Source of the DNA: Paecilomyces variotii
Taxonomy: Eukaryota
Length of the DNA: 64,000 bases
Strand: one strand, 5' to 3'
Assembly (NCBI GenBank): GCA_004022145.1
Contig: RCNU01000002.1
Below the pieces are notes generated by a model, which did no database searches, had not been told where the DNA came from, and was given only the letters and a program-made list of their open reading frames with translations. Every line of letters begins with the position of its first letter. Within the stretch, counting starts at the first letter, position 1. Of this stretch, positions 60,397 through 64,000 are shown piece after piece. The position numbers and the translations under genes are program-made.

Positions 60397-63188
60397 TAAT
60401 ATTGAGAGATATGCATATATCTACGGGCCCTATGGATCAGTCGATGGTGACCTAAGAAGTCGAGAAGATCATGGTCCTACTAAGCAGGAAAGTATCTATA
60501 GTTATTCATCAGCTTCCTAGCTAATGGGCGGGAAATGGAGCAGCAAAACACTCTTCCAGATATGAGTATGTGGCGTACGGAAACTTTTTTCAGATATAGT
60601 ATCTGATACGCTTTAGGGTCTGAACCTTGTATAAAGACGGATATGCAATGTTTAATGCTCTAGAATAGTCGAGAGCAACCTACTATCTCATGCTACTCAC
60701 TCAGCGACAACTAATGCAAGTATCTCTAGTGGAGTGACAAGATAGATTTATTAGTAAATAAATGATGGTTGGATACGACGAATGGCAATAATTACTCCTA
60801 GAGCTTGTTCCATCCATTCAACTGGAGCACACACAGCTCAAGCAGGGCGTACTCCTCTATAGGATGCTCGTTGCTTAGAATGACACGTGATGGATGCCCA
60901 TATGGAGAAGTTAGAGTTCATCAGATCGAATTGGATAGGTAGCTCGAGGTAATAAGCTCACGACGATTGACTAGCATACCCAGGAGTACGGAGTATATCT
61001 ATTATCTAGCATCTAGTATCTACTAGTTAGTATGTACTAGGGGTTAAGGTCCCTGAAAGAACCACGCATACGGTTCAACCATAGTTTTCTCGAAAGGATC
61101 TCCGACATCCTATGTTTAGAATGGAACATTGGTGAAAAGCTACTAACTATTAAGAAAAAAGTACAGTACACTGTGGAAAACAGACCATGTCCTGCACGGA
61201 TCATCCTTCACTTCAATAATAGACGTCTCTCCGATCTGGGATGAACCCAGCCTTGGTCTGTTCTGCGCCGATCACGATTGGGCTTTTTCCGAGATCCTGA
61301 AACGCTGGATTCGGATCTCGTTGCATTTCTTTCTTTTGCCTTATTTTTTTTTTCTTCTCGTTTTCCTATCGGCTGCTGCGGTAGGGCTATTTCTTTTTAC
61401 TCGGTATGGATTACCAGGCCATCCCTGGTGGGCAGGGGAGAACGATAAATAGTCGACGCCAACTAAGAGCGGGTCGCCCAGACACCATCTGCTCGTGGGT
61501 CGATCTCTGTGCGCGCAATAACTAACTAGTTACTCTAATGGGCTGCCACGGTGGCTGGCCAGCTGCGGGAGGCGCCGGTTGGTTATAGATCTACTGGATT
61601 TTGGTTTTCTTTGCTAGATAGTAGTCTAGTTAGAAGAGACTATAGTCCGTAGGGTTATTATTATTATTCTGTTGTCTCCAGGACCGCAGATTTATAATCA
61701 ATGCTGCTGGATAGTTAGGTGCCCTGACTTTGTCCTGTTTCCGGATCCGGTGTGGTGGAACAGTTATAGGTCTAGGTAGTATGTAGTAGTAGTGCTAGTA
61801 CTAACTAAGTAGACTATGGTGGTATAGGTAGTTATAACTATCATAAACTATGTAAGAATGATCATAAGAAACGGGTCCGTAATAACTAATTAACTAGTAG
61901 CGTTTAGGGACCATCTGAATACTGCCCGTAGTCGGGACGTCTATTATTATTATCCTCAACTTCTGGCGTAAAAGAAGAGAGGAGAAAAGAGAGCCTACTT
62001 GTACAGTACTTTTTCGAGTATTAATATTAATTATTTTATTATTAGTTACATGCTCATCCGGAAGAAACCATATCCTACCTCGGTCATCCCAGCGATCGTC
62101 CTTCGGATCCCCACGGACTGGGAACGCTCGACTGGCTAATCATGATTAGAACGGTCCCGTTATAAACTTTTAAAGCCCCGAGTTAGCGTTACGATCGTGA
62201 AGAATCACCTGAAGCCACCGTCCGTGACTGGCTGGGATGTCTCGCTTCTTCGTCCGATCCCGTTTTTCCTTTTTCTCCCTTCTTGTCTTCCGTCTCTTCT
62301 TCCCCCGCATCCACAGTCCTGACTCCTCTCGCATACCAATTTCTAACTTCTAACTTCTTAGTCCTGTATTATTATTACCATATGTATTTTTCCATCTTTC
62401 CCCGCTCAGCGACGAGCGTCAGACGCACGCGTGCAGCTGCAGCGCAAATCGTCCACGTTCTGCTCGGCCGAGAAATGCGTATGGTCACTATGGTGGACGT
62501 ACCAGTAGGAGGTGATCTCCATGTCATCGACGCTGCGCCGACATGGTTCTCACGCACTTGCTAGTGCTCATTTACTAATAATCCTCTCGTCCGCAGAAAT
62601 TCAGCAAGTTACGGAGTAGCCAATGCTGTTCTAGAGTATCTATACCTAATTAGCTCCAGCTACGTACCTCCTCCAAGGTGTTTCTAGTCGATGATAGTCG
62701 CCCAACGTGTATGGTATTATTACCAGAAGCCCTTTCCTTTATTTCCCTTTCTGTCTTTCTTGTTGGAATGAGTAGAGACTACTGTCGAATGGGGTTGGCC
62801 GCAAGGGCAAAAGAACCGTTGACATCGGGGGCGTCGCCTATTGTGCAAGCTATCGGTCCCCCGAAGACGCTCCGGTCCCTGCGGATCCCCGACTAGAGAA
62901 GTCTCCCATCTCGTCTTGGGACGCTTTTACCCCCAATAGTCTATCAAGAATCCCAGAATTTCCCTGGTTGCTTGTTGGATTTCTCCGCTGCAACCACTAG
63001 CTGTTGACACAGCCGGCGGTCGCAAAGAAAGCGGATCGCCGCCGGTCGACTTGACTAGTCTAGCGGGAGACAAGGAAGAGCACAAGCACCAGGAAGCAAA
63101 GTCCAGGAAAACGAACCCAGACGCTGGATATCCTCTTTTTCCCCATCTTTGCTGTTCCAATCTCCTCTCTGGCCCTCTCCACCAAGTC

Positions 63189-64000
63189 ATGACCGAGGCT
63201 GATGGACGACGAGATGCCAAGCCGCCACTAGACGCCGATGGTCGTTCCCCATATCCGCCTGCGGCTCTCGATTCTGTTGTATCAACCTTCTCGCCCGCTT
63301 ACGACTTGCCATACCAGAACAGCTCTGCGCCGTCGCGCGCCCTGAACGTCGTCCACCGCAGCTCCCATCATACTGGCGACGCGAACAATGTGCCAGACGG
63401 CGTCGTATCTCAACAGCCGTCTGATGCGACAGGACTGCCTGGTTCCATCATGATGTCCACCGCCGATTCCGAGTCCTCCATGGGTGCAACAGTACCTACG
63501 TCAGGCCAGGACAGTCATAATAATTTTGTGGACGATGGCGACGCCATCAGTCCATCCAGCTCCCGGGACCCTGGTACCGCTCCGACGGATGGGAATTCGG
63601 AAGGAAGAAACCCGGAGCAAGGATCCCAGAACGACGGCGAGAAACTACCTCCATGGAGCGAATTGAAGACCAAGGCGGGCAAGGAGAGGAAGCGACTGCC
63701 TCTCGCGTGCATTGCCTGTCGACGGAAGAAGATCAGATGCTCTGGCGAAAAGCCCGCCTGCAAGCATTGCTTCCGCTCGCGCATCCCGTGCGTCTACAAA
63801 GTCACCACCCGGAAAGCTGCGCCGCGGACGGATTACATGGCGATGTTGGACAAGCGGCTAAAGCGTATGGAAGAAAGAGTGATCAAGGCCATACCAAAGG
63901 ATGAGCCCCGGGATTTAGCTTCCATCGGGCGAGCAGTCGTGAAACCAGCCCCTCCTGGCCAGACACCCAAAGCTCCCAAGACCGCGCAGAAAAAGAGGTC
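63189..64000 (+). CDS. Zn(II)2Cys6 transcription factor, 5' part (runs off the right edge)
   Basis: Open frame from ATG 63189 to the window end: ...PPWSELKTKAGKERKRLPLACIACRRKKIRCSGEKPACKHCFRSRIPCVY...YMAMLDKRLKRMEERV. It has no stop in the window, so it is absent from the ORF track. Confidence 0.93.
   Translation, partial: MTEADGRRDAKPPLDADGRSPYPPAALDSVVSTFSPAYDLPYQNSSAPSRALNVVHRSSHHTGDANNVPDGVVSQQPSDATGLPGSIMMSTADSESSMGATVPTSGQDSHNNFVDDGDAISPSSSRDPGTAPTDGNSEGRNPEQGSQNDGEKLPPWSELKTKAGKERKRLPLACIACRRKKIRCSGEKPACKHCFRSRIPCVYKVTTRKAAPRTDYMAMLDKRLKRMEERVIKAIPKDEPRDLASIGRAVVKPAPPGQTPKAPKTAQKKR

Noticed and set aside
1415-60890. CACGTG E-boxes in several promoters (about 1415, 4418, 20480, 33909, 58997, 60884)
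   Set aside because: A 6-mer at this frequency is near chance expectation, and the downstream genes share no function.
1-64000. CRISPR arrays, rRNA, tRNA, intact transposons, telomeric repeats, secondary-metabolite backbone genes
   Set aside because: None seen: no spaced direct repeats, transposase/RT motifs, TTAGGG arrays or PKS/NRPS domains.

Overview
This is eukaryotic DNA from a filamentous ascomycete; the short GT-AG introns with CTAAC/CTGAC branch sites and the protein sequences suggest Eurotiales (Aspergillus/Penicillium-like). The window is gene-dense, with about 22 mostly intron-containing genes. From left to right: SEC31 (partial), an RRM-only Cyp33-like gene, an NDUFA4/MLRQ-like gene head-to-head with COX12, a secreted FAD oxidoreductase, a gene-poor ~3.5 kb interval with decayed ORFs and a 75-nt poly-T, DIC1, FAB1, a probable TPP1/Est3 (Tpz1-like) shelterin gene with eroded termini, the cell-wall-integrity MAPKK, SEC39, NDUFS5 and MOT1. 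These are followed by a basic protein with a NuSAP-like motif, an intronless erythromycin-esterase-family gene paired divergently with an uncharacterised RYLWTDAF-motif gene, SCS3/FIT, a GH3 beta-glucosidase, ACR3 tail-to-tail with a Cys-rich bZIP, an EXPERA-like membrane protein and a Zn2Cys6 factor (partial). The strongest leads are (1) the shelterin-like gene whose OB-fold and C-terminal regions carry stops while 883 central codons stay open, (2) the Ere/RYLWTDAF divergent pair, (3) the NuSAP-like protein with a MADS/forkhead-type promoter, and (4) the ACR3-bZIP pair. Exon boundaries were read by eye, and family calls rest on recalled motifs, not database searches.
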